Shown here: positions 16,984 to 27,461 of the stretch, piece after piece
Layout of the letters: each line of letters starts with the position of its first letter
How positions within the stretch are numbered: the first letter of the stretch is position 1
Source: a virus
Taxonomy: Duplodnaviria; Caudoviricetes
Direction: 5' to 3' (one strand)
DNA: 49,590 nucleotides
Virus record (IMG/VR): IMGVR_UViG_3300032216_001520
Span: 1-49,590 of that record
Made by a program: the position numbers and the translations under genes
The notes under the pieces: model-generated
Databases searched by the model: none
The model's input: the letters and a program-made list of their open reading frames with translations, nothing else
Told to the model about the DNA's origin: nothing

Positions 16984-19448
16984 TAACAAACGACCAAAAA
17001 ACATCGCTGTTAATTAATTCACAGTTACCCGAATTCGTTCGGGATAATCCTGATTATAGGAATTTTAATCTATTCTTGACCGCTTACTATGAGTGGATGG
17101 AACAGAATGGTAAAGTAACAGAGAGAACCAAGAATCTTTTAAGTTATAAAGATATTGACAGAACAACTGATGAATTCTTGAATTATTTCACGAATGATTT
17201 CTTACCATATTTTCCACAAGATATCTTAATTGACAAACAGCAAGCAATTAAAGTTGCCAGAGAATTGTACCAAACTAAAGGTACACCAGCATCTTATAAA
17301 TTTCTTTTTAGAATACTTTATGATTCTGAATTTGATGTTTTCTATACTAAAGATGCCGTACTTAAAGCGTCATCTGGTATATGGTATGTTGCCAAGTCAT
17401 TAAAATTAGCAACAAATAATAAAAATTTCTTAAAAATAAAAAATTATAGATTGTTTGGTGAAAAAACAAAATCTATTGCAACCGTAGAAAATTCAGTACT
17501 TGTAGGATCAAAGACTGAAGTTTTTATTTCAAACATTGAACGTCTGTTTGAGTCAGGTGAGACAGTTAGAGTTGTTGATAATAACAATCAAGATATTTTG
17601 TTTGGCGGCCATCCACTCAAGGCAAAAATTGTAGGTCAAGTTAGTCAAATAAAAATTGATCCAAAAAATAGAGGTTTATTGTATCAACCTGGAGATCCAG
17701 TTGTTGTATATAATGGTTTAAATTCAAATACAGGTATTGGTGCAACAGCTGTTGTTGGAGAAACTACAGCGGGTTCAATACAAAGTATAACTGTTGTAAA
17801 TGGTGGATTTGGATATACATTTTCACCAAATACAGTAATTAATATTGAGAATGGACCAGGCGCTAATGCTGTTGTGGCTACAGTTAATCCTGATTACAGA
17901 TATACAACCAATGTAGCTTTTCTTCCAACAGATAGTATAAGTTTGAAGAAAGATATTGAAATTGGAAACTCTAATTATTATTTTTCCAATATCTTAGTTT
18001 CGGATGCCAACACAACTTTAGCAAATGCTCTGACATTCACATCATTTACAACTTACCCAATATCTTCTGTGCTTGTTGTTACGGGTGGTTCAGGCATTAC
18101 ACAGATACCTCAAGTTAGTGCAACCTCAAATTACCAAACCGATATTGATTCGTATGTTTCATTATCTTCACTTGGTATATTAGGACCAATACAAATTGCT
18201 GATGGTGGTAATGGTTATCGAGCAAATGATGTAATTGTATTTTCTGGCGGTACTGGTATAGGTGCAAGAGCAAATGTAACGACTGTTGATGCCAACGGTG
18301 CTATTACAAATGTTTCATATGTATCAAGTACAACTGTGGATTATCCTTTAGGTGGTATGGGTTATTCAGCATCAGCTTTGCCTACTTTAACAGTAAATTC
18401 AGCTAATACACAGGCATCTGGTGCAAGTGTTTATGTTCCAGGAATTCTGGGAGACGGCGCCAGTTTCTCTGTCGTTGTAGACCGTGCGGGTTCGGTTACA
18501 ACAATTAATTTGGTTGATTATGGTGAAGATTATGTTTCAACACCAAGTGTTTCGTTGAAAGTTCAAGATATTGTTGTTTCAAATGTTTCAATTGGTGTTT
18601 TGCCAGAAAAAGGTGAGACAATATATCAAGGTGCGAATACAAATGTTGCTTCATATTTGGCAACAGTAGATTCTATAACAACATTACAGGGTAATATTGA
18701 CCCAACTTTGTCATTATATAAGTTGAGAGTTTTTAATAATAATTCAAATCCAGACCCAACATTACAATTAAATATTGACCGTAATATTCACCTGAATATG
18801 GCGAATACACAGTATGATGCATCATATACTGTAAATGGTTACAAAAATTATGGTGATGGTACAGCAAAGGCCAATGCATCATTCTTAAATGGTCTTGTTG
18901 TAAGTCAAGGTCAATATCTAACATCACAAGGACAACCAAGTTCTTTTGATGTTTTACAAGATTCAATTTATAATAATTTCACATACAAAATCACAGCAGA
19001 AAAAGAAATTGCAAAATACCGTGATGTATTGTTGAATTTATTACATCCAACTGGTATGAAAGTTCTTGGTCGATATGTTTTGAAAGCAAAAGAAACTTTT
19101 AAGAGTACCGGTAATATAAATGTAAGTAAAGCATATCCATTGTCATATTACACAGATGATGTAAATTCATATGTAACGATGCAATCTCCGTCCGGAAATA
19201 CGGGTTACAACAATGTTATTGAATTCTATGATATGAATGGTGTTGGTATAGTTGATACAGTATTTCCAAATACAACTATAACTTTCACAACTGATGATGG
19301 AATTGTAGTAACATCACAAATTGAAAGTTCAAATTCATTGACAAGTTCGATTACACTTAAAGACTATTATTACTTTGATACTGTTCCTGGTACATTAACT
19401 GCCACTGCATCACAAGTAATAGTCTACGGAGATAGTATTTTCGGTTAA
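16980..19448 (+). CDS. gp7: Baseplate wedge initiator gp7-like
   Basis: QLPEFVR, FL.AYYEW.E, Y..KGT..SY.FLFRILY, LQDS.Y..F.Y, LLHP.G motifs; between gp6 and gp8. Confidence 0.85.
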   Translation: MITNDQKTSLLINSQLPEFVRDNPDYRNFNLFLTAYYEWMEQNGKVTERTKNLLSYKDIDRTTDEFLNYFTNDFLPYFPQDILIDKQQAIKVARELYQTKGTPASYKFLFRILYDSEFDVFYTKDAVLKASSGIWYVAKSLKLATNNKNFLKIKNYRLFGEKTKSIATVENSVLVGSKTEVFISNIERLFESGETVRVVDNNNQDILFGGHPLKAKIVGQVSQIKIDPKNRGLLYQPGDPVVVYNGLNSNTGIGATAVVGETTAGSIQSITVVNGGFGYTFSPNTVINIENGPGANAVVATVNPDYRYTTNVAFLPTDSISLKKDIEIGNSNYYFSNILVSDANTTLANALTFTSFTTYPISSVLVVTGGSGITQIPQVSATSNYQTDIDSYVSLSSLGILGPIQIADGGNGYRANDVIVFSGGTGIGARANVTTVDANGAITNVSYVSSTTVDYPLGGMGYSASALPTLTVNSANTQASGASVYVPGILGDGASFSVVVDRAGSVTTINLVDYGEDYVSTPSVSLKVQDIVVSNVSIGVLPEKGETIYQGANTNVASYLATVDSITTLQGNIDPTLSLYKLRVFNNNSNPDPTLQLNIDRNIHLNMANTQYDASYTVNGYKNYGDGTAKANASFLNGLVVSQGQYLTSQGQPSSFDVLQDSIYNNFTYKITAEKEIAKYRDVLLNLLHPTGMKVLGRYVLKAKETFKSTGNINVSKAYPLSYYTDDVNSYVTMQSPSGNTGYNNVIEFYDMNGVGIVDTVFPNTTITFTTDDGIVVTSQIESSNSLTSSITLKDYYYFDTVPGTLTATASQVIVYGDSIFG

Positions 19449-19454
19449 ACACAG

Positions 19455-19461
19455 ATAAATA
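19455..19461 (+). promoter_or_regulatory. Late promoter (ATAAATA) upstream of gp8
   Basis: In the intergenic gap. Confidence 0.55.
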
Positions 19462-19465
19462 AATC

Positions 19466-20884
19466 ATGGCAAATAAAAACATACTCACAACTAGTGCAAA
19501 AATAACTCAAATAGAATTAGTATATAATTCTCCTCAAGCTGTAGTTCCGCCTTTTGACGGTGTGACGTTGATGGCAGTTCCTTTGGGTACCACATATTGT
19601 TTCTTATCAAAAGTTCTTCCTTGGGACGATGATAACAATCCTTCACAACCGCAAGCTGACGTTAAATACATAAAACAAGTACAAAAAAGTATGTTTGTGG
19701 CTAAAAAGATAACTGCAAGTGATATTTCACCAGTTATTGAAAGAATAGATTGGGTATCTGGTACTGTCTACGAACACTACCAAGATGATATTGATATGAT
19801 TGAATTGGATGTAAATGGTTTTCTAATTCACCATTTCTATGTCAGAAACAAATACGACCAAGTTTTTAAATGTCTTTGGAACAATAATGACCTACCATCA
19901 ACGGTAGAACCTTATTTTGAACCTGGTACATATGGTAACAATAATATATTTACTGGTACAGATGGTTATAAATGGAAATACATCTATACGATTGATACCG
20001 GTCTAAAGATAAAGTTCATGGATAATGATTGGATGCCAATTACAGTTGGTGCCAATACACCTAATCCATTGGTAACTACAGCTGGTGCAGGTAGTTTAGA
20101 TGTTATAAATCTGACGAATGGTGGAAGTGGTTATGATCCAGCAAATTCTATAATTACTATCAAAATTACAGGTGATGGCACAGGCGCTAGAGCCAACGTT
20201 GCAAATGTAGATAATGGTGTGATAACCGATATCAATGTTGAAAATCCTGGTACAAATTATACATATGCCAATGTAACAATCGTGTCAGCATCTGGTTCTA
20301 ATGCTGCTGCATTTGCACCGACTTCACCTGTAGGCGGCCACGGTTTTGATCCTATATCAGAGTTTGGTTGTTCTCACATTATGTTTACTTCTGAATTTAC
20401 TGGTTCTGAAGATGGTGTCATACCAACAGATATAGATTATCACCAGATTGGCATAGTTATTAATCCAACGACCAGAGGTCGTAAGTTGGAAGCCGACAAT
20501 AATAGCATTCCATTCGCTTTACCGGCAAATAATAACATTTACAGTACAAGTACAGATTTTCTTGTTGCTGCTGGTTTTGGAACATATGTACAGGATGAAC
20601 GTATTTTTCAAGGACGAAATGATAACATCGATGATGCAACATTCACAGCAACTGTTCTGAGTTTCAATACATCAAGCAATGTTTTGAGGCTAATAAATAC
20701 AACAGGAACACCAATAGCGAATGCTCCTGTCAGAAATACAACAAAAACAAATAGAACGTTGTTGTCTTATAGCACTCCAGATTACTCAGCTCTTTCTGGT
20801 TATGTTGTTTTTGTGGAAAACAGGTCGGGGATACAAAGAAGTCCTGATGGTATAGAACAAGTTAGACTGGTATTAGGTTACTAA
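19466..20884 (+). CDS. gp8: Baseplate wedge subunit gp8
   Basis: R.DW.SGT.Y, FYV.N....VFKCL.N, PSTVEP, DGYKWKYIYTI, P.GGHG.D...E, ENR..I.RS....E motifs. Confidence 0.92.
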   Translation: MANKNILTTSAKITQIELVYNSPQAVVPPFDGVTLMAVPLGTTYCFLSKVLPWDDDNNPSQPQADVKYIKQVQKSMFVAKKITASDISPVIERIDWVSGTVYEHYQDDIDMIELDVNGFLIHHFYVRNKYDQVFKCLWNNNDLPSTVEPYFEPGTYGNNNIFTGTDGYKWKYIYTIDTGLKIKFMDNDWMPITVGANTPNPLVTTAGAGSLDVINLTNGGSGYDPANSIITIKITGDGTGARANVANVDNGVITDINVENPGTNYTYANVTIVSASGSNAAAFAPTSPVGGHGFDPISEFGCSHIMFTSEFTGSEDGVIPTDIDYHQIGIVINPTTRGRKLEADNNSIPFALPANNNIYSTSTDFLVAAGFGTYVQDERIFQGRNDNIDDATFTATVLSFNTSSNVLRLINTTGTPIANAPVRNTTKTNRTLLSYSTPDYSALSGYVVFVENRSGIQRSPDGIEQVRLVLGY

Positions 20885-20894
20885 AAGGAAAAAA

Positions 20895-23800
20895 ATGAGT
20901 TACAATAAATTAGCATCTGCTGATCCATACTACGATGATTTCGACCAAACGAAAAACTTTCATCGTATTTTGTTTAGGCCTGGTCGTGCAGTTCAAGCCA
21001 GAGAGTTAACTCAAGCTCAAACAATTTTACAGGATCAAGTTACAAAGTTTGCTGATAACATTTTCAAACAAAACTCACCTGTTACTGGTGGCCAAGTCAC
21101 AACAAATTTTAATTGTTACTATGTAAAACTACAAGCAACATATTTAAGTACAGCTATTGACGTAAAATTACTTGAAAACAAATTAGTTAAAAATGCAACA
21201 GGTACAGTTGTTGCTCGTGTTATTGCTGTTGCGACTGCCACAGGTAGTGGTGCATTTGGTGATCCACCAACACTTATTCTTTCTTATAAATCCGGTAATC
21301 ATTTTCAAGATGGTGATATCATTTATGATACGGAAAGTAATTTAACAGTCCAAGCAATTACATCGTCAGCAACAGGACTCTCTTCTGTAGCATCTATCTC
21401 TCAAGGTGTATTTTATATTTTAGGTAATTTTGTACAAATTAGTCCATCAACAATTATTTTGGAAAAATACAATAATAGTCCATCTAAAAGAGTTGGTTTA
21501 ACTATCACAGAAACTGTTTACGATTATGTTAATGACACTTCTTTATTGGATCCGGCAGTTGGTGCATCGAACTATCAAGCTCCAGGTGCTGACCGTTATG
21601 TAATTGCTTTATATTTGGATGCTCGGCCAATACAACTTGGTGATGACCAAAACTTTATTGAATTGGTTCGTGTAACAGAAGGTAATATATCAAATCTCGT
21701 TGAAGGTTCTGTATATAATGTTATCGATGACTATTTTGCCAAACGTGATTATGAAACCAATGGTGATTATGTTGTTGAAGATTACAAATTAACACCAAGA
21801 ACAACTTCAGTAACGACAGACCCATCAGCCAACACATATACATTGACTGTCGGTAAAGGTTTGGCATATGTTCATGGTTACCGAATTCAAAATGGTACAA
21901 ATGTGGATTTGGTATCTAACCGTGCAAGAACCACGGCATCTCAGAACAACACACCAGTATTCATCGACTACGGATCATACTTCTATGTGGATACAGTGCG
22001 TGGTGGTGCTTCTGGTTCATTCTTTGATGTAACCACAGCACAACAGATTGACTTACATTGTGTCACATCATCTAATATTATTACTACCAATACTGCCACA
22101 TATAATTCTACCGTTGTTGGTACTGGTTATATTCGTAATTTTGTTTATGACCATAATTCAAGTGATTCTAATGCAAATACTTATGTGTACAGAGCATTTG
22201 TAAGTGACATTCAAAATGCTACACTATCAGCCAATGTAGTTTCTGCGGCAACGAATACAATCACTTTCCCTAGTACATATTCACAATCCAACACTTCATA
22301 TGTTGGTGTGAACATTTCTATTACTCAAGGCACAAGTGCTGGTGATTTCAGAACAATCACATCTTATAATGGTGTAACAAAAGTTGCAACTGTTAATCAA
22401 CCATGGACAGTTACACCAGATACCTCATCTGTGTATCAATTAAATTTTGATATCAAAGATATTGATACTGTTGTCTATGCAGACAAAACATCTTATCCTG
22501 CCACAATCAAAGGATATGCAAATATCAATGCAACTGGCCGTATGGGTGGTGTTTCTACTGGTGATACTATTTTAGAAAATACAGGTGCACCTGAATTAAT
22601 TTATAATATTGGTTCTCCATATGTTGCTTCATTGAAGAACGCATCATACAACACACAACAGTTAAATCGTGGTGTTGTGTTTACTGCTGGTGGCGGCGTT
22701 GCATCAGTAGATATCGTATATTCTGGCAGTTATGCTGGTGTAATTAAACATTTGGGTTCAACTTCTCCTAGTGGTTTGAGTGCAGATGTTATCAAACAAA
22801 ATTTCTTGATTGTTGTTACAAATGCAGGTTCCTCTTCATTTACTGTTGGTCAAGTTATTCCATGGACTTATTTGGGTGGAACAGTCAAAATAAGTTCAGA
22901 CTCAGTAACAGCTACATTAAGTATTCCATTAACAAATACTGGTGGTTTTGGCTTTACCGCTACAGTTTTAGAAAAAGTTTATGTAACTAATGCGGATGAT
23001 AGCAACCATTTACTGAAATATAAAAATTTGATTACTGCAAATACATCTGTTGTTAAAATAGATGGTACTCAAGTTGCATCATACACTTATGTTGATGATA
23101 CTTCATTAACATCAAAAGGTCAAATTTACATTCAACATGCTGGATTAGTTACACCTGGTTCAAAACAAAGTTTGTACTTATCTGATGTAAAATCTGTTGT
23201 TAAAATTATTGATACCAAAGACACAGGTGTAACACCAACATTATCAATGTTGACGGATAGTTCATATGATGTAACAAAAAATTATACATTTGATAATGGA
23301 CAAAAAGACAGTTATTATGACCATGCATCAATTACATTGATTCCAGGCGCATCACAACCAAAAGGCAATTTACTGGTCTTTGTAAATTATTACCAACACA
23401 CGGGTGGTGATGGTTATTTTGCATTATCTTCTTATCTGAATTCACAAAAACCAGAATCGTATCAAAACATTCCTGGATATACTAGTAAACATGGTACAAC
23501 ATATTTGTTCCGTGATTCTATTGACTTCAGGCCTGCTCGTTTGAATGCAACATCAACATTCGATTTTAAGTATAACGTTGGTGATAGTAGATATGGTGTG
23601 CTTATTCCTACAGACCTATCAACATTTACAGCTGATTACACATATTATCTTGGCCGTAAAGATAAATTGGTTTTAACTAAAGATAGAAGTTTCAAGATTA
23701 TTGAAGGTGCTCCTTCTGTTAATCCATTGATACCTACAGAACCAGATGGTTCATTGGTAATTGCCAATTTAACACATAGACCATATACTGGTTATATTCC

Positions 23801-26800
23801 AACAGAAGCACCGTCAGGAACAATTGGTGACTTATCTATTGATAAAGTCAAACACAAGCGTTATACGATGCAAGATATTGCTGGTCTGGAAAACAGAATC
23901 AACAATATTGAATACTATGCTTCATTAAATTTATTGGAACAAAAAACCAATTCATTACAAATCTCTGATGCTTATGGTTTAAACAGATTCAAAAACGGTA
24001 TTCTCGTTGATGATTTCTCCAGTTTTGCTACGGCTGACACACCAAACAACGATTTCAAGGCAACAATTAATCGCCGTGACCGTGTGATGACTGCTACACA
24101 AAATGTACAAAATTTCCCATTGAAAGCTTTGGCAACTGCCTATAACATGAACAATATTGATAGTTCTATCAATTTGGGTTACGACATTAGTACAGATGGT
24201 GATATCAATTATTTTACATTACCATACACAACAGCAAATGTAATCTCACAGAAGTTTGCTTCACGTACTGTTAACGTCAATCCATTTTCGTTCAGTCTAA
24301 AAGATGGTTACATTTCATTATCACCTAATGTAGATAATTGGGTTGATACAAATTATTCACCTGCTTTATTGGTTGTGGATCCAAATCTACAAGTGTTCCA
24401 AGCAAGTAATAATATCAATCAGATGACAAATGGTGACTGGAAAACTATTCCAGGAACAACATATACGACAAAAATTAATGTTGAAAATCATGGTCGTTTT
24501 GTAAATACATATCTTTCTCCTGGTCAATATGGATATGGAACTACAAATATTGGTTATACCGAAACTAAAACATATGCAGACCAAGTACAAACAAATACTT
24601 TTGGTGCATATGACAAAGTTGGTGCATATGCGTTAAACAACGGTTATATCACCGATGTTTCTATATTACCATGGATGCGTCCACAACAAATCGTTGCACG
24701 TGCCAAAGGAATGTTATTCAATACTTCCGTTAATTATTATTTTGACAATATCAATGTAAATAATTATATACGTAAAGCCAATATCATTGAATTGAGTGGT
24801 GTAAATGGTTCATTCAAAGAAGGTGATATCATTGGTTATTATTCAAGTGGTATATTTACACCTACTGCTCGAGTGATGGGTGTGTATATTGGAACAACCA
24901 ATACACGATTATATGTTGCAGCAGACCAACATACCGCCACATATACTACTAACGGAGTAATTCAAAACGGTTTCTTTACTGCCTCTGGTACATATACATC
25001 AAATACAGCATTTGGAAATTTAGTTAGTTCTTCACATGTTGCAGGAAGAATTATTACTACTGATAACTCAACAACAATTCAGTTGAGTCCTTTGGCATCT
25101 TCTGTTGATAATTACTATAATGGTAATACATTCTATGTGTGTGCCGGTACAGGTATTGGACAAGAAGCAACTATTACTGCTTACAACGGTACTACAAAGA
25201 AGATAACATTAAACACAGGATTAACTGTTGCTGTTGATGATATCTATTCTATTGGTTCATTCTCAACTGATGAAGCTGGTTCAATTTATGGTGTATTTAA
25301 TTTACCTGCTAATTCTTTCCACAATGGCCAAAGAACACTCCGTGTCGATAACAGAGTTGCTGGTAATTTAGGAACAGAAACAACTTATGCTGAAGGCATC
25401 TACTACGCTGAAGGTTTACAAACAACTGCACAGACAATAGATTACTCATCTTCACCATCAAGTGCCAAGGGAACATTTACATCTACAAATTATAGACACA
25501 ATGTCATAATTGCTGATAATTTTGATCCATATGATCCAGTTGCACAGACATTTATTGTGGACAAAACAAATTTCCCTAACGGAATGTTCTTGAATTCTGT
25601 GTCGTTCTTCTTTGCTTCAAAGCCAACAGCAGATAATTCACCAATTAAATTGTCTATTGTCGGTACACAGAATGGTTATCCAGATGGTAATACATTAGAC
25701 CATTCTATTGTTTCATTAAGTCCAGATATGGTTAATGTTTCTGCTGCACCACAATATTTGGATGCAACAGCAACTACGACATTTACATTCTCAGCACCAG
25801 TTTATATTCAACCTGGTGTTCTGTATGCTTTCATTTTGAAATCAAATTCAAATCAGTATACATTGTGGACAGCATCTAACGGTGATACCGCATTGGCATC
25901 TTCAGTATCAAATGTACCACCAAAGAATCCAGATGGTTCAACAAATACAAAGTTTGTACAACCATCTTCAATCACTAAGATTTCTGGTGCTCCATATACT
26001 GGTGGATTGTTTACTTCACAAAACTCACAAACATGGAGTGTTGACCAAAATCAAAGTTTGATGTTTGTTGCTGACCGTTGTAAATTCATAAATTCTGCAC
26101 CAACAATTCAATATGTGGTACCAAACAAGTTACCACAAAGAACACTAATTGACCAAAGTATCAATTATTATTTGAATGCCAACAATCTTTCTGGTAGTAC
26201 AGAAACAGTATCAACAACCGATGTTTTGGTTGATGCTTTCAATATTACCACAACAGATTTCTTACCATCAACCACAACAATTGGTTATACATATAACGCA
26301 ACATTAGTTAATGGTACAGCAGCTGGAACAACAAATGTTAATCCAGGTAAATATGGTACACCAACAAGTGATGATATCTATTTGTCTGATGGTAAAGGTG
26401 AACGTGTATTGATGGCCAATTCTAATACATCATTCTCATTGTATACTCAATTGAGTACTGGTGATGATGCAGTAAGTCCTGTTGTTTCTGATGCCGGTCT
26501 TTCTGTATACAGTATCAAATGGAACATTAACAATGCTGAATTGTCAAATTCTGTAATTACGTTAGTTTCTGGTGGTACAAGTTATAATGCAAATACTACT
26601 TCTGTTACTGTCTCGGCACCAACAGGTGCTGGTGGGTCACAAGCAGTTGCAGCAGCCAATATTGTTGGTGGTATTATACAATCTGTATATCTGACAAGTA
26701 ATGGTGCTGGTTATATTACTACACCAACTATTACAATTACAGATTCTAGTATGGCAGGTTCTGGTGCATCAGCTGTTGTAACAGGTGAAACATCTAAAAA

Positions 26801-27236
26801 TGGTGGTAATGTACTGGCAAAATATGTAACTAAGAAAGTTGTGTTGGATCCAACATTTGATTCTGGTGACTTAAATGTTTATTTGACTGCCTATCGTCCA
26901 GTTAACACCGACATTCATGTTTATTACAAAATTTTAAACAGAAACGATACACAAAGATTCGATGATAGTTCATGGCAATTAATGACCAAGATTAATAACT
27001 CTGGTTCATTATATTCACAAACTAGAAATGATACTTATGAATTTGTATTTACACCAGGAACATCTGGTGTTGACCAAGGTTACGTAACATATACAAACAC
27101 AACAGGTCAAACATACAATTCTTTTAGTCAATTTGCCATTAAAGTGGTGTTGACAAGTTCAGACCACACATATGTACCATTTGCTAATGATTTACGTGTA
27201 ATTGCTCTTCCACCTAATGTTAATACATCATTCTAA
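20895..27236 (+). CDS. Large virion structural protein, VrlC/DUF4815-like (2113 aa)
   Basis: PYYDDFD..KNFHRILFRPGRAVQARELTQ, APGADR, G.AYV.GY, RYTM.DI..LE.RI.N.EYY..L..LE, RFKNG..VDDF, DPVAQTF, FAIK.V motifs. Confidence 0.88.
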   Translation: MSYNKLASADPYYDDFDQTKNFHRILFRPGRAVQARELTQAQTILQDQVTKFADNIFKQNSPVTGGQVTTNFNCYYVKLQATYLSTAIDVKLLENKLVKNATGTVVARVIAVATATGSGAFGDPPTLILSYKSGNHFQDGDIIYDTESNLTVQAITSSATGLSSVASISQGVFYILGNFVQISPSTIILEKYNNSPSKRVGLTITETVYDYVNDTSLLDPAVGASNYQAPGADRYVIALYLDARPIQLGDDQNFIELVRVTEGNISNLVEGSVYNVIDDYFAKRDYETNGDYVVEDYKLTPRTTSVTTDPSANTYTLTVGKGLAYVHGYRIQNGTNVDLVSNRARTTASQNNTPVFIDYGSYFYVDTVRGGASGSFFDVTTAQQIDLHCVTSSNIITTNTATYNSTVVGTGYIRNFVYDHNSSDSNANTYVYRAFVSDIQNATLSANVVSAATNTITFPSTYSQSNTSYVGVNISITQGTSAGDFRTITSYNGVTKVATVNQPWTVTPDTSSVYQLNFDIKDIDTVVYADKTSYPATIKGYANINATGRMGGVSTGDTILENTGAPELIYNIGSPYVASLKNASYNTQQLNRGVVFTAGGGVASVDIVYSGSYAGVIKHLGSTSPSGLSADVIKQNFLIVVTNAGSSSFTVGQVIPWTYLGGTVKISSDSVTATLSIPLTNTGGFGFTATVLEKVYVTNADDSNHLLKYKNLITANTSVVKIDGTQVASYTYVDDTSLTSKGQIYIQHAGLVTPGSKQSLYLSDVKSVVKIIDTKDTGVTPTLSMLTDSSYDVTKNYTFDNGQKDSYYDHASITLIPGASQPKGNLLVFVNYYQHTGGDGYFALSSYLNSQKPESYQNIPGYTSKHGTTYLFRDSIDFRPARLNATSTFDFKYNVGDSRYGVLIPTDLSTFTADYTYYLGRKDKLVLTKDRSFKIIEGAPSVNPLIPTEPDGSLVIANLTHRPYTGYIPTEAPSGTIGDLSIDKVKHKRYTMQDIAGLENRINNIEYYASLNLLEQKTNSLQISDAYGLNRFKNGILVDDFSSFATADTPNNDFKATINRRDRVMTATQNVQNFPLKALATAYNMNNIDSSINLGYDISTDGDINYFTLPYTTANVISQKFASRTVNVNPFSFSLKDGYISLSPNVDNWVDTNYSPALLVVDPNLQVFQASNNINQMTNGDWKTIPGTTYTTKINVENHGRFVNTYLSPGQYGYGTTNIGYTETKTYADQVQTNTFGAYDKVGAYALNNGYITDVSILPWMRPQQIVARAKGMLFNTSVNYYFDNINVNNYIRKANIIELSGVNGSFKEGDIIGYYSSGIFTPTARVMGVYIGTTNTRLYVAADQHTATYTTNGVIQNGFFTASGTYTSNTAFGNLVSSSHVAGRIITTDNSTTIQLSPLASSVDNYYNGNTFYVCAGTGIGQEATITAYNGTTKKITLNTGLTVAVDDIYSIGSFSTDEAGSIYGVFNLPANSFHNGQRTLRVDNRVAGNLGTETTYAEGIYYAEGLQTTAQTIDYSSSPSSAKGTFTSTNYRHNVIIADNFDPYDPVAQTFIVDKTNFPNGMFLNSVSFFFASKPTADNSPIKLSIVGTQNGYPDGNTLDHSIVSLSPDMVNVSAAPQYLDATATTTFTFSAPVYIQPGVLYAFILKSNSNQYTLWTASNGDTALASSVSNVPPKNPDGSTNTKFVQPSSITKISGAPYTGGLFTSQNSQTWSVDQNQSLMFVADRCKFINSAPTIQYVVPNKLPQRTLIDQSINYYLNANNLSGSTETVSTTDVLVDAFNITTTDFLPSTTTIGYTYNATLVNGTAAGTTNVNPGKYGTPTSDDIYLSDGKGERVLMANSNTSFSLYTQLSTGDDAVSPVVSDAGLSVYSIKWNINNAELSNSVITLVSGGTSYNANTTSVTVSAPTGAGGSQAVAAANIVGGIIQSVYLTSNGAGYITTPTITITDSSMAGSGASAVVTGETSKNGGNVLAKYVTKKVVLDPTFDSGDLNVYLTAYRPVNTDIHVYYKILNRNDTQRFDDSSWQLMTKINNSGSLYSQTRNDTYEFVFTPGTSGVDQGYVTYTNTTGQTYNSFSQFAIKVVLTSSDHTYVPFANDLRVIALPPNVNTSF

Positions 27237-27238
27237 AT

Positions 27239-27460
27239 ATGGCTCTAATACCAATAAGTGGAACAAAATTATTTCGTGATACCGAAACGATGGCCTTGAT
27301 TAATAAGGACTTTTCCGGTGCGGAAGAATATAAAGTAAAAAGAAAACATGCTGAAGTCCAAAAAGAACAAATAAATAAGTTCAGGATGGAAATCGATAGC
27401 ATCAAAAACGACATATCAGATATTAAAAAACTGATGGTAAAACTAATAGAAAAAGGTTAA
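27239..27460 (+). CDS. Small coiled-coil hypothetical protein (73 aa)
   Basis: L.RD..T.ALIN motif and C-terminal heptads; preceded by CTAAATA (27233-27239). Confidence 0.75.
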   Translation: MALIPISGTKLFRDTETMALINKDFSGAEEYKVKRKHAEVQKEQINKFRMEIDSIKNDISDIKKLMVKLIEKG

Positions 27461-27461
27461 A